From Oopsacas minuta (lineage: Eukaryota; Animalia; Porifera), in NCBI GenBank assembly GCA_024704765.1, contig JAKMXF010000297.1:364921-428920 (forward strand): a DNA stretch of 64,000 bases. The letters are read 5' to 3'. Below are positions 1-12,878 of this stretch, piece by piece (positions within the stretch are counted from its first letter, which is position 1; each line of letters starts with the position of its first letter). The notes under the pieces were generated by a model, which was not told the DNA's origin, made no database searches, and was given only the letters and a program-made list of their open reading frames with translations. Made by a program: the position numbers and the translations under genes.

Positions 1-102
1 TATTGACTAAAAAAGTAGCATTATGCATATTGCCTGGACATTATGCATATTGACTAAAAAAGTAGCATTATGCATATTGCCTGGGCATTATGCATAATGC
101 CC
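1..102. repeat. Two tandem 47-bp units ending in a perfect 20-bp palindrome (probable end of a repeat element)
   Basis: Unit tattgactaaaaaagtagcattatgcatattgcctgg(a/g)cattatgca at 1-47 and 48-94; gggcattatgcataatgccc at 83-102 is self-complementary. Confidence 0.85.
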
Positions 103-405
103 AATTTCTCATATTGCCCATAACATATATATCACAGAGTATACACGCATGTAATTAGTTTAAGCTAATTGTATATTTTGCGTTTTCGTTGCAAAGATGC
201 ATTTACGATGATAGTTAACAAATTACGTATCTTAATAATGAAGTAAAGGCGTTTTACTTATATTATTTATATAATTATATTGCTAAAAGTATTTATTGTG
301 TAACTCTTATAGGTAGAAGAATACTTCGTAACTCATAGGCGTTTCAGGTAATTTCAAATAGAGTAGATTTTACGAAGAAAAGTAACTGGGATAAACAAAA
401 CAAAC

Positions 406-3400
406 CTCAACTCAACAGTGTGTGAGTAAGTAGAATCCAAAATATTCAGAGCTCCACATCTATAACTTCCTATATCTGACTCACTGAACACTGCAATTCT
501 ATAAGAACTCTGTATGCCAGTGCTAAGTGTGACGTCATTGCTACCTGATAGAACTGATCCATCTCTCTCCCATGTGACAATAGGACTGGGGTTTCCAAAC
601 ACTGTACATGTTAGAATTAATTCAGCTCCAATGTAGATAGGGAGTACTGCCTCCTCGTGTGGATGCTGGAGCCAAACAGGTGCAGAAGTCTCACTGCCTA
701 CCATTAATAAAGCAGTGCCTGACCTGACCTCAATATCAGGGAAGTAGGAGCTAGTAGCTACACATGTGTAGGCTCCTATGTCTGACGGCTTTGCTTGGGA
801 TATCGTCAGGGTACTGTAGGAATGTGTAAGCAAATGTAAACTCACAGTGAATATTAATATTAAGAATGTTTAGAAAAGAATGCCTAACAATAATACAAAT
901 TATTTTGTTAGAAAGTGATTAATTAACTGTCTTTTCAGTTACAAATGATTTCGAATTTAGATGAAAAAGTAATCATAGATAATTTAATGGGGATCTCCCA
1001 TGCTTTACACAACTCTTTTTTATATAAAAGATATTTTTAATAAATCTAATCAATTATCAAATTGCCTGAGAATTGAAAATTTTAATTTCCTAAATATGTT
1101 AACAATACCAATAAATGAAGGAACGTACAATAGCCATAAAACAAATAACATAACAATAATCCCACATTACATATAAACCATTCCTCAAATTCTCGAATAG
1201 TAAATCAACATATATTTTAAGGATAATTGTAGTATTCGAGATAACACTTATGTGCTAATTAGCTATTTAATCTAATCTTTGATAAACTGCTTTATCATTA
1301 TCATTCAAACAGAGAAATTATCATATGTTGAACTAATCAGTGAAATTATATTTCTATTGAACATGGAAAATACCCAAGTTTTACTGAGGGACGGGTAAGA
1401 GTTTCAAACTTGAAATTTGACATGTGTAATCAGTATAAAATGGCTCAACTTGAAGAAAATCTTCATCTATGAGAAAAGTAATACAGTCGAACCTCCGAGA
1501 TCCGGACCTCCAAGATACGGCACCTCCCTCAACCGGGCACCCTTATTTTATATCAGTCCAAAAGAATTTCACCATTTCATATAATTCTCCTCATACTAAC
1601 GTTGACTTCAGTTACTATACTTCATATTGGATTACATTTGTATACAGTATGTAAACTTAATAACAGAATTCGAATACCTAAGGGAACTCATATGTACATT
1701 ATGGGTTGTAACTACCATAGAGTTAATGATATTTCCGAGATCCGGGCACCCTCCGGTCCCACACTACCCGGATCTCGGAGGTTCTACTGTAATATGTTCT
1801 AACCAGTATATTATAGAGACAAACACATTCAATAGTAGATTGATGAACTGGTAAGAGCTACAGAATTGAAATTCAGGTGTGCAGGTGTATGTAATATGTC
1901 TGGGAATACAATCTAAGCGATATCTCTGAGCAACAAGTATATATCTTGAATTATTGAAGGTTTACCCAGTTAGTGTAGGAGGATTTTGAATTGGCTTAAT
2001 TATATTATACAAGATACGTATCACTGGTAATACTTTTTTGAGACTGTAAACTGAATTAATTTATATTAGATTTTGACCAACTAAAATTAATTAAAGGATT
2101 ATTACATATTATAATTATATGATAATGCGACGACGAAGGGGTGTATGAATTTGTAAACAAAATATATGCAACGTTTGTGTACAGCTATTGCTACTTTACG
2201 AATCAAATGACTGGGTAGACATACTAAAACCAAACATATACTCCATTATAAATCTATCCAGACAACTCAAATAGCCAGTGAAAGACTATGAAACAACTGT
2301 TGGGGGGGTAGAAATAGAGCTAATCCATAAAATAATAAAATAACCATTCACTCAGTAGAATTCCAAGATATTTTCTAATGGGTATAAGGCTATAAGCACT
2401 CAGTTTCGGTTGGCAGAGACCGTATTGTTGTGAATTTACATAGAGATATCAGTATTTCTTGTGTTTGTTTCCGAAAAATTAGCGTTACTGTAGTAATAGG
2501 AATTCTTTTTTTTGACAATAGTGTATGAGTTTGGGTTATATAAATTAAAGTAGAAAATATATACAAGGAATTTGGGGAGAATTACGACCTAGCGTTGAAA
2601 TAAAATTGGTAGACAATAGTAACCATCAAATCTGTATTAATTTATTAATCAATGAGTCAATGGTTGAGAACATTCCTATTTTAGAGAAACAAATTAAAGA
2701 TTTTTAAGCAGATTACTGGATAGAAAGCAACTGGGCTGACTTAAAATAGTGAGAGGGGTACCACACATTTGCTAAATTACAATTAGATTTGTAGTTCACA
2801 CTAAAGTGTATTGTCTCAAATTAACTATAATCAACTAATTTTCAATGGAACCAACAAACTTAAATAGCATAGCTGTTGTTAATATATTATTGCCGACTAT
2901 GTAACGAAAGTAATTGTTGAAATTACGGTAACGCCATCCTGTGTTAAAATAATACAAACCATAACAAATGCTAGACTAATTTTAAGTCTAATTAGATTAT
3001 ACAACTTGTTGTATAATGAATACATATAGATGCAGAATAGGTAAATTAACACATTGAGTGATAAAATAATATTATGGAGAACTGTAAGATTGACTACGTT
3101 GAAATATAAAGATTGAAATATATTTCTAGACACATGATGTTATCCCTCAAAGTCAAAATAAATACGATGACAGAGTATGGGAAGTTGAAGTCAACCATAA
3201 CCATATACGTATTAAGCAACTTTGTTGCCCACAACTGTTACGACGTGAAGAAGTTAGCATCACGTATAGTTAGAGAGTTGCATACAACATGTTGCAAATA
3301 GAACATGATCAATATTCCTGCAACATTATTGCAAGAAAAAATTATTCATACAGCATTATTGTAGCGTGTATATTGTCTTGTTGCTGCACGAATGTTGTAT

Positions 3401-5233
3401 ACAACAAGTTTGCAAAGTTTAAGTTGGGGCTTAACTTTTATACAGAGTAAATAATTTTGCAAATGTACTTGTATATCGCTAATGAATTTCTATACAATAG
3501 CATTGTATCACAGCGTACGTAATTTAAAATAAGTAAATACAGTCAAACCTGCTTAACGATCACCTGCACATAGCGGCCACCTAAAAACAGTCCCCTCCGA
3601 TTTAGCATTATAATGACCTCTCTATAGCGGCCACCTGCTCAACGCGGCCAGTGGCCACTAATTTATTTAGAAAAAATATTTACATTATTGAGGTTTAATT
3701 ATATTTTAAATAATTCTTTATTCCAAGTTTTGCCGGGTGTTCCTCAACCTTTTCGAACTGCGGCACACTCTTTTCATCTCCACTTTATCAAGGCACACCA
3801 GTTAAGAGTGAATTCAAATTTAGTTTAACCGCAATATCAATGTTGATGATGCCATATATTTCAAAATATTAGTTTTAAGTTTCTAGTTCTTATTGACTTT
3901 TAGTAATATAATCATCAGAGGCCCAGAAAATAAGCCCTGAAAGAAATATAAACAGATTTGTTTTACGCAAGTGACATTTTGGTGGCACACCTAACAATGT
4001 TCTGAAGCACATTAGTGTGCCGCGTTACGCCGGGTGAGAACCACTGTTCTAACATAATTACTACAGTAGAACTCTCTTAGTACTAATTTTTGTTTCCAAG
4101 GGGTACGTCTTGTCCGAGTTATACTATATCTTCCTCAATTATAGCTACAGTCCAAACCGGTTGTTTCACACTATTTCTTTGCAGCATAAAATACTAGTTA
4201 GAAAAACCGGTTTCGACTGTATTAGAATATATAAGCGTAATTCGGGTAGAATGTAATATTATTATGGCAAATGAATTCAAATATCGCTATTAGTGGCTTC
4301 AGAACGTGAAACATAGATCAAATGAACAAACTACATAACCAAGGATTATAATTATAAGTTATAATCTAGACAGCGATATTAATAGTTTTATTTTTAGCAT
4401 AAATAATCAGTACAAACCTAGAGGCGACAACATTCATCCCAACAGTAACAGTTGTGGTTATGAATGAGAGAGAGGAGTCGATTTGTGAATTCTTCAACCA
4501 AGTAATATTAGCAGGAGGATGTGACTCCCCATGGGAGCAGAACAAATAAACTGGACCCTCTCCTACCATCGGAGATTTACTCTCAGGATTAGTAAGGAAA
4601 TTTTCTGCTAAAGTAGCTATCTCGAGAAGAGCAGATTCAGATGTTATAAAACTACCATTATTGACTGACAACTGACAGGAATATTGACCTATAGAAAATG
4701 TAAATAATAATATTTGAATAAATCTAGCAAGAAGCACACTAGTAATGTATAGAATCAGAATACAACCCAATAATTTAGTGTGGGGCTATCCAAACACTTC
4801 TGATATGGTGGAGATTCTAGCTATACTGCTATACTAGCTATAGTATAATTAGTTCGTAGGTAGTTTCCCAGTTGAGTAGCATGTGTTATAATGTAAAATT
4901 GTATAAATTTCCCATTTATTTAAAATATTATATAAAACCTGAATCGTTTAAGATTATCTCCGTAATAAAGAGGGTAGATGTGAGAGAGGATGTGTCTAAT
5001 GAAGAAGATCTCCTAGTTAACCCTGAGGGAGGAATTAGGTTTAGGATATTTCCATTGAATAGCCAATCTATGTTGTAAGGTTGAGTAAGGTCTGGTGTCT
5101 GTTGGAAAAGACAAGAGAAAGAGAGCTTGGATCCTAACCGGGCTGTCCTATCTGTGGGTGGAGTAGAGATTTTGAGATTATAACAGAGAAGAGGTAAAAG
5201 TGAGATGAATAGAAGTAGAGATAAGGAACACAT
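406..5233 (-). CDS. Multi-immunoglobulin-domain secreted or cell-surface protein, 5' part (continues left of 406)
   Basis: Exons 5233-4939, 4688-4418 and 813-406 join in frame at GT-AG sites. Signal peptide MCSLSLLLFISLLPLLC; Ig motifs LSFSC..W..DSG|QYSC, LFC..ANITW..DIGAYTC and LILTC..VTW..DIGSYRC. Confidence 0.85.
1484..1789. mobile_element. Tc1/pogo-type MITE (306 bp)
   Basis: TIRs CAGTCGAACCTCCGAGATCCGG ... CCGGATCTCGGAGGTTCTACTG, TA on both flanks; a related copy lies at 36437-36774. Confidence 0.85.
3734..4046. mobile_element. Degenerate hAT-like MITE
   Basis: Right end gtgtgccgc..ccgggtgagaaccactg, left end resembles its complement (gggtgttcctcaacc..gcggcacac). The same right end recurs at about 16465-16499 in HMGCR intron 2. 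No clean TSD. Confidence 0.5.
4148..4219. mobile_element. Minimal 72-bp CAGT-type MITE
   Basis: TA|CAGTCCAAACCGGTT ... AACCGGTTTCGACTG|TA; 14/15 TIR match. Confidence 0.75.
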
Positions 5234-7344
5234 TGTTATAATTATGCTAGCTAAATAAGAATGTACGACATAATGCAGTTACAGGGTTTTACCAGTTACA
5301 AGGTTAAATATGCTTCATGGCATTGATAGCATTTTAACTTGATGTCACGAATCGGGATAATTCGGATGTACCGTATTTACTCGTATGTAGCACTAACTCA
5401 GTAACTCGAAAAAGGCCCCTCTATTAATTAATAATCTCATACCCTGTCCTGAATAGTTATTAATTAATAAATTTACTGTCTTTTAGGATAAACAGTACAT
5501 ATGGATACATGTACTTGTACTTACAAGTATAATAAGTTCAGTATTCAATGTTAGCTCCCAGGAGGATGGCAAAATTAATAATCTCCTGATATAGTATCAC
5601 TACATGAAAAATGTGAGGGTGATCCTTCATGATTAATGGCTACCTTGCATCTAGAAATTCAGTAGTAGGCCATGAGCCAGGAGGGTTGGTTGGTACGATC
5701 TTGAAGAATAATGCTAATTGTGATTTTTAGGCAAGGAATACATCTTTGAACATAGAAAATGCCTGTTAGCAGTCAATTGGTGGTGGCTTTCGTTTGTTAT
5801 CACCCACAAAGGCCGACTGTCAGCCGAACAAGGGGGAAAATTTTTCAAATCCACCTAACTTTTGTAAATAGTGTGTATGTTGATTTTGTCAACTCGATAT
5901 TCAAAATGTATATGTTATATAATCACGATTTAAACTTAGGATAGATTGTAAAATAAACATATCGAATTAGAAACACAGAATTAACTTCTAAACTCAAGAG
6001 GATCAATATTTAGCCAAAATCGAAATGTTAATATTATAAAACCGACATAACATAACCTGCTGAAAATATAATTGGTATTCATTAATTTGTTGAGCGATTC
6101 ACAAATAAACCTCATCAATACTGCACTGATCAGATATATGAGTCTCATAAAATTATAATATATTACAAACCTATTTAGACAAAAATGTTGATGGGTTCAT
6201 CAACCAAACTTTACTTCTAGTAAACCATGGCAGTGATCATCAGTGGCTTATATCAAAATCCCTATAGAATATCTAGTGATGATTGGTAGACTCCATCGAT
6301 GTGAGCTACGATACGAGAAAGACACATTAGGACTATCGTTTGAGATTTATCATTGGTGATATCGATGTGATCAGTTGGGTAAGTATTTTCAAAATATTTT
6401 GTCGATTAATATAATAATAATAATAGTGTTATTCTAGTTGCTAAACAACAGTACATGTTGTAAAAAGAACTATTATAACGTATAACAAGTGCTTATAATA
6501 AAGTACGTTAAAAAGCAAAATTGTAAAATCAAGAAAAGTAACAGTTCCAGGTTCTTCTAGAGATAGAACCGGTCAGCTATTTTATGACTCAATGAAACAG
6601 TAGAAATTGTAAAAATATGGACCAAAAAGTAACATAATTTCATTGGTAATTTCGAAATCCGCATATATCGAAGATTATCGCGATCCCTTGAGCTTCAATA
6701 TTACGGCAGTTGGCTGTATATTATAAATAACTTTTAGTGAGGATAATGTTGGTTTACGTTAGTACCTTAAAATAATATTAGATCAAATTTCTAAGTCACC
6801 AAAAACACACTTCAGAGGAAACACCAATTAACTTTGAAGCTAATTGAGCAACCATCAAAATAAGAACCTATACATATACGAACTAATAAAAAACAACAAC
6901 GATGATTAGGGGAGACCAACTAGCATAGCGTATTTAATACAATGTAGATAAGTGAACAAAAATTGTCAGCCTATCTTGCTGTATCTTTTGATATCTCACA
7001 AATGCTGAAGGTTAGTAATGTTTGAAATAAGTATCATACACGTCAATGGTCAGGTCATTGCGCTTAACTTTTGGTTGGTCATTCAAAAAATTTTTGTCTC
7101 GTTATCTAACTTCTCATGCTATGATTTGAGGTAAGTTCAAAGAATTATAAATGCTACGTAACTACGACTGATAAGATAACTTAGTAGTGAAGTTTGTCAA
7201 ATTTAGTTTGCGGCGTTGAATGAGAATTTTAAATCTAAAAAGAACTGAATAAGTGCTAAGAGTGTGTGAATTAGTTTACTATCAAGAGTAAATTACAAAC
7301 AGCATTGTCATACGTTACTAAATTTTCGTAGCAACATACAATAT

Positions 7345-7775
7345 ACGAGCCTTTGGCTCGTCGCTTCGCGATCAACTCGGCGCATTGCGCCTCGAGGTAT
7401 TCAACGGACAAACAATCAGACAAGAACAATTGAGATTTAATAATATTGATGTTGTTTACAATATTCAGACTCAGCATACTCGATTACCCCAGTAGAATCG
7501 TTGAAAGTATGATTCTACCTCAATTTTGAAATTTGTTTACTTTATATTCATAAGAACAACAATAAATTTACATATGATTAACTCAAAAGTGTGAAAATCG
7601 GATTCAACATGTTCGATGCATTTAGTGAAGTTTTATTGAATTCTATTTACTTCCTTGATAAACACGATAAATACATACAAAGTTATAAGACAATTTCAAA
7701 ATTGCATACCGTCAATCCTTTCCTTGACAACGGACAAACAAACAACAATTGTGATTTAATAGTATAGATTTTCCT
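7345..7775 (+). mobile_element. Dispersed non-autonomous repeat, copy 1 (Helentron/DINE-like by inference)
   Basis: Terminal hairpin cgagcc-ttt-ggctcg, GC-rich subterminal block and acaa/agacaa microsatellite; homologous to 12455-12878 and 49630-50338. Right boundary approximate. Confidence 0.7.
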
Positions 7776-8568
7776 ATAAATTGTATTTGTAGAAACATGT
7801 TGCTATAAAATTTTTGGTATAGCAACATATGCTGTTTACTAATAAAGACTCTTTATTATGCTTAATAAAGCATTTTGAAGCTGGGTGACGATATTGTACG
7901 AATTGTTAAAGAACCGTAGAAAAATAAAAACTTGCAATACTCCATAATCTAACCCCAGCCCCGCTAATCAAACAGCATCTTATTCTAATTTTGGGTCTAG
8001 AAAACTACAGTCAACTCCCTGCTATATAGAAATACCCGCCCGCTTAAATAGAAGTATGAATTGTACAATTATGGCCCAAACTAAACCGTCAAAGTAGCAT
8101 AAATCAGTTATATCGAACTCCGCATACAAAGTAATTAGCGCGGTCCCTTGAGCTTCGATATAAATAACTTATAATGGTTAAAAACACAAAAAGGAATATC
8201 AAATTCTGGGTTGGTAGAAATAATAATATTAGAATATGCGAGTATATGTCCCAAATATTCAAAAATATATCAGTTTGATTATAAACAGAATTAAAGAATA
8301 TTTTCTAATACTTAATTAGCAAATTTGTATGGGAGAAACTACTTGTTTATCGTACCAAGTATATCCAACTTTGTTGTTGATAGGAAATTGTAGTGGAAAT
8401 GGAAGTAAGGCTTCACTAATCGGTTGAATAATGCTAACTCTGTTTGATGTTTATATGACATAGCTAAAGAGAGTAGGGCTAGCCATTTGAAAGGAATAAT
8501 ATATTATGAGATGTTGTTCTATATAAATCTGTTTAAATAATCACAAATATACAATTGTGATTATAATT

Positions 8569-11500
8569 ATGAAATCGGTCAAATTGTTTCTACAGAAGTC
8601 AATCAATTATTTGGCATCAGCCATGAAGTTGAAGACTGTGTTCCAAATTCTAAGACTTTTGCTCAAGTTTGGCTCCTGCATACTTTACGTTCTCCAGACC
8701 ATGAACGATGAAAATTATACAGATAGAGATTTTGTCTACCCTAACTGGTGTTGTCAGGGTGGCGATATCTCATTGCTCAAAGATTTCTCTCAACCTCACA
8801 TAAGCACCGTTCTACATAATGTTATACGAGATAATAAATTATGTCCTAATTCGCAGATGCATAACTACACAATCTCTACAATTAATACGACTTTTCCACA
8901 ATACACAGTTTATAGAGAATGGGAAGATACTGGACTCTGTTACCAAATCAATCTAACCAATTATTCTTGTGATTGTGCCCTGAAGTGTGGAGAGTATAAT
9001 ATATGTGCTAACAAACTCGATAAAATTTCAAATACTACAAGTGTACTACCTTTATGCATGTTTGATTATGCTGGATTGGAACAACCTTACCGTTTCTATT
9101 TGAAGTATATATTTTACCCAAAAACTTTTCAAATTTGGCTATCTCAATGCGCGTTTGGTATAATTGATATGACCCTTTCTCTTATCAGCACACTATTTTT
9201 GTTCAATGCTGGAAGGAAATGGATCAACTTATTCGACCTTCATAATATTCTTGATATCATGCTGGGATTCATGTTTACGGCTACTCTATTATTTCCTCCA
9301 TGTCTGAAGAATATTTTCATTCCAAGTTTCCTCCAGTCTCTCTCAGGGGTCTCAATCGTCACGTGGTTATTACTGGATATAGATACCTTCACGAAACACC
9401 GTCGCTTTTTTACATACCACATACAGAAGGCCATCAGTATTATTTTGAACGTCATAGCATTTATATTTATTAGCACATGTGCAATTGAGTATGTGGAGAG
9501 AGTACAGATAGGAAGTAGGGGGGATAGCCAGCCGAAAAACCTAGCAGAAGCCATATATTTGCTGCTTATTACTATAACAACTGTAGGGTATGGAGATTTC
9601 TCTCCAGGTACTTGGGTTGGTCGAGCACTCATTTTGATCATTATATTCACAGTACTGCTCTATTTACCAGGTATTATTGAAGAAATGCTGGAAACTTTCA
9701 AAGAATCTGGGATTTACAGTCAGTCAGTCCATGGTTTGTCAACTTCCAAGCACATTGTAGTTTGCCTAACCAGTCCAAGGTTACATTTTTTGCTCGACTT
9801 TTTGAGTGAAGTTTATGCACAAGAAAATACCAGATTGGGAACTGTGATATTATCTCCGCGTGTTGCAGACCGCATGCTAGAAACACGATTGAATAGCCCT
9901 ATGTGGCGAAAACGCGTAATAATGCTAACTGGATCAGCTCTCAGACCTCTGGACCTCGACAGGGCTGGCATAATGACATGCACCGCTTGTTTTATAGTTT
10001 CAGATCGTCACTCGGATGAGCCAGAAGCCAGCGATCAAGAAACTATACTACGCGCTCATTCAATACACAGCTACTTTCCGAAGTGTAAACTTTATATATA
10101 TATCCTAAAAGTGGAGAACAAGCCACTCGTTTCGTTTGCTCGTAACGTCGTATGTGAAGGAGAGCTAAAACATGCAATATTCGCAGCAAACTGTGTCTGT
10201 CCGGGATTCTCTACCTTCATAAGCTTGCTGTTACACACAACCTCGGGTGCACCACATGGTGAGAATGCAGTTTACAATTACTGCTCAGGAAATGAGATAT
10301 ACGATATAGTCCTGAAGGATAGCAAGCTATTCAAAGATATGATAGGAGTGGTATTTATAAACGCTGCTTTATTCATTCATAAAAAATACGGAATTCTACT
10401 TATTGCTATTCAGAAACATGGTAGTGATGATATCCTATTGAATCCTGGGAGGAAAGTAACTCTAGAGGCAGAAGACAAGTTATTTTACTTCTCTCAAACC
10501 AACGAAGAAGATGCAGAAGGAATGCAGAAGATGAGACGTGAGAATGAGAGTATTCAATCCTTGGCAGCTCAACAAGTTATATTAGCAAATCAACTATCGC
10601 TAGACTTTTCTAGAGAGTCAGATGAAACGTATGTTTCTGGTACAACTCTGGTAGCAACCTCAACATCAACTGATTCTCCAGGGCATTCTACAAGCAACCT
10701 AATCTCATTTGACAAGACAGAAAGTGAAACGACCAGAAATATTAATTTTGAGGGAGTGGGAAGGCCGCTATCGCCTAAAGGTAGTCATTTAAAACACGTG
10801 TTCCATAGTCAAGCAAGTAAAGCAGGTGGAGTAAGACTGGGAGCATTTACATTCACAGGTCATAAAACTACCGAATATATGAGTAGTAGTAGAAGTACAC
10901 AACCACAACAAAGTTCATTGAAACCAATGCCAAATCCCAAACTTAGAACCTTGTGTTCTCAAGCATCTGAAGATGAAGCTATTAATCTTAGCGATTACAC
11001 GAGTAACTTACAACCTTATCAAATGAATCTCTCATTAACTAAAGGAGTCCCGAAGCAAGCTCTATTTATGTTACCTGTAAGAAACAGGTATCACACAACT
11101 AAATCTAGCTATCTCTGTTGTTTACAAACTGGCTGGAAGTATCCTTGTCATGAGAACAAACGAGGAATTTCCGTAGCTAGGAGACTCAGCATTCCTTTTC
11201 AACAAGAACTAGATCTCTATCATCACAGTTATCAGAATCCAATCATAGTGATTGCAGATGAAGCTGGTCCTCAGCTCTATAACTTTATCTTACCACTCAG
11301 GGCAGCATATATTCCAATGAAAAATATACATCCTATCATATTGCTGCTACCTACTAATCCAAACGTTAGATTCTCAGAAAGCATCTCATGCTTTCCCCTG
11401 ATTAAATACATGACTGGGAACGCTAACAATGTAGATGATTTACTGATTGCTGGTATCTTAACTGCTAAATTAGTGATTTTATGTTTGGGGGATGGAACAC

Positions 11501-12273
11501 CCATTGAGAAGGAGGAACAACACATGACTGATGCTACCAAAATACAAACATTCCTCAAGTACAAGCAGATTTTTCCGAGGACTAGATTTCTAGTTGAGAT
11601 ATTCCATCGGTCTAACATGGAGATTCTCTGCTCGGAAAGAAGAAAATCTACGGATATCAACGGTTTCCTTACGACGCCACACTTTATGTCTGGTGAAGTT
11701 TTTAGCCCAAGTCTCCTGGACACTATCTTATATCAATCTGCAGAGAAAGAGTACATAATTAATCTGGTCAGGTTAATGCTAGGCTTGGAGCAAGGTTCTG
11801 GTAACCGATCGCTTACCTGTATCAGTAGAACTATAACAGAGTTACGAGGTCTACGAACATATGGAGAGATCATGGAACGAATTGCTAAAGAATCCGAAAT
11901 GCTGGCTATTGGTATTTACCATTGCGAATTCATAGGAAGGAAAGATAATGAAACAGTGAAAGATTACGATACGAACATTATTCCATTTGTTAACGATCAA
12001 CTTGAAAATTTGAACCTTAGTTCCAAAAAGATGCTGGCGGGAAGGTTCAGAGAATATGCATATAAAGTGTTAGTCAACCCTGTAGCAAACATTATAGTAC
12101 ATGAGAGAGATATTATCCTTGTTATAAAATCAACAGAATCAGCTGACAGCACCCAAGAGAGTAATGTGCATCTAGGCTCCACCTACTCTATGGGGACATT
12201 GACTGAAATGAGTTGTAACGAGACTACAGAACAAATCCAAGTTGACTCAGGTTGCACAAACCTTGAAAATTAA
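8569..12273 (+). CDS. KCNT: Slo2/KCNT-family potassium channel, intronless, about 1234 aa
   Basis: Pore TITTVGYGD; Slo2-typical motifs GSALRPLDLDRA, DQETILRA, VVCEGELKHAIFAANCVCPG, FMSGEVFSPSLLDTILYQ. First ATG at 8569; in-frame TAA at 8524 with no AG between them. Confidence 0.93.
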   Translation: MKSVKLFLQKSINYLASAMKLKTVFQILRLLLKFGSCILYVLQTMNDENYTDRDFVYPNWCCQGGDISLLKDFSQPHISTVLHNVIRDNKLCPNSQMHNYTISTINTTFPQYTVYREWEDTGLCYQINLTNYSCDCALKCGEYNICANKLDKISNTTSVLPLCMFDYAGLEQPYRFYLKYIFYPKTFQIWLSQCAFGIIDMTLSLISTLFLFNAGRKWINLFDLHNILDIMLGFMFTATLLFPPCLKNIFIPSFLQSLSGVSIVTWLLLDIDTFTKHRRFFTYHIQKAISIILNVIAFIFISTCAIEYVERVQIGSRGDSQPKNLAEAIYLLLITITTVGYGDFSPGTWVGRALILIIIFTVLLYLPGIIEEMLETFKESGIYSQSVHGLSTSKHIVVCLTSPRLHFLLDFLSEVYAQENTRLGTVILSPRVADRMLETRLNSPMWRKRVIMLTGSALRPLDLDRAGIMTCTACFIVSDRHSDEPEASDQETILRAHSIHSYFPKCKLYIYILKVENKPLVSFARNVVCEGELKHAIFAANCVCPGFSTFISLLLHTTSGAPHGENAVYNYCSGNEIYDIVLKDSKLFKDMIGVVFINAALFIHKKYGILLIAIQKHGSDDILLNPGRKVTLEAEDKLFYFSQTNEEDAEGMQKMRRENESIQSLAAQQVILANQLSLDFSRESDETYVSGTTLVATSTSTDSPGHSTSNLISFDKTESETTRNINFEGVGRPLSPKGSHLKHVFHSQASKAGGVRLGAFTFTGHKTTEYMSSSRSTQPQQSSLKPMPNPKLRTLCSQASEDEAINLSDYTSNLQPYQMNLSLTKGVPKQALFMLPVRNRYHTTKSSYLCCLQTGWKYPCHENKRGISVARRLSIPFQQELDLYHHSYQNPIIVIADEAGPQLYNFILPLRAAYIPMKNIHPIILLLPTNPNVRFSESISCFPLIKYMTGNANNVDDLLIAGILTAKLVILCLGDGTPIEKEEQHMTDATKIQTFLKYKQIFPRTRFLVEIFHRSNMEILCSERRKSTDINGFLTTPHFMSGEVFSPSLLDTILYQSAEKEYIINLVRLMLGLEQGSGNRSLTCISRTITELRGLRTYGEIMERIAKESEMLAIGIYHCEFIGRKDNETVKDYDTNIIPFVNDQLENLNLSSKKMLAGRFREYAYKVLVNPVANIIVHERDIILVIKSTESADSTQESNVHLGSTYSMGTLTEMSCNETTEQIQVDSGCTNLEN

Positions 12274-12454
12274 ACTCACTTAACGCGGCATTTCACATCT
12301 AATATTTATTATGTTTTTACTTATTATTTTATTGTTAGTGTGAATGTTAAGTATATTACGTCTTTGTTTTGTAGCATTGGCTCTCCCATAAATGAAGTAA
12401 TTGACAACCTAAAATATAATATTTGGGTGATGCATAATGGTATATAAAGGGGGA

Positions 12455-12878
12455 GAAGGAAAGGATTTACGGTATGCAATTTTGAAATTGTCACATAACT
12501 ATGTATTATCATGTTTACCAAGGGAGTAAATAGAATTCAATAAAACTTCACTAATATCCAATATGCTGAATCCGATTTTCACACTTTTGAATTAATCATA
12601 TGTAAATTTATTGTTGTTTTTATGAATATAAAGTAAACAAATTATCTAAATCTCAAAATTTTCGTAGATACTTGCGCTCAACGGCTACAAAAGGGGTTGA
12701 TCTTACAAAATAATTCAATAATATATATGCCATATACGTATATTTGTGAATTACATTGCTCTAAATATATCTATATTATTATTATTATTACTCAAAGGGG
12801 CCGTCAATTTGGAGAATAATGGATACCTCGAGGCGTAATGCACCGAGTTCATCGTAAAGCGATGAGCCAAAGGCTCGT
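12455..12878 (-). mobile_element. Dispersed non-autonomous repeat, copy 2 (inverted relative to copy 1)
   Basis: Reverse complement of 12821-12878 matches 7345-7402 at 51/58 nt; internal AT-rich blocks are shared with copy 3. Left boundary approximate. Confidence 0.7.

Noticed and set aside
2100-3133. Possible gene nested in the Ig intron (hydrophobic ORF 2897-3133, broken + frames near 2120-2490)
   Set aside because: Multiple stops, AT-driven composition and no identifiable motif; at most a decayed relic.
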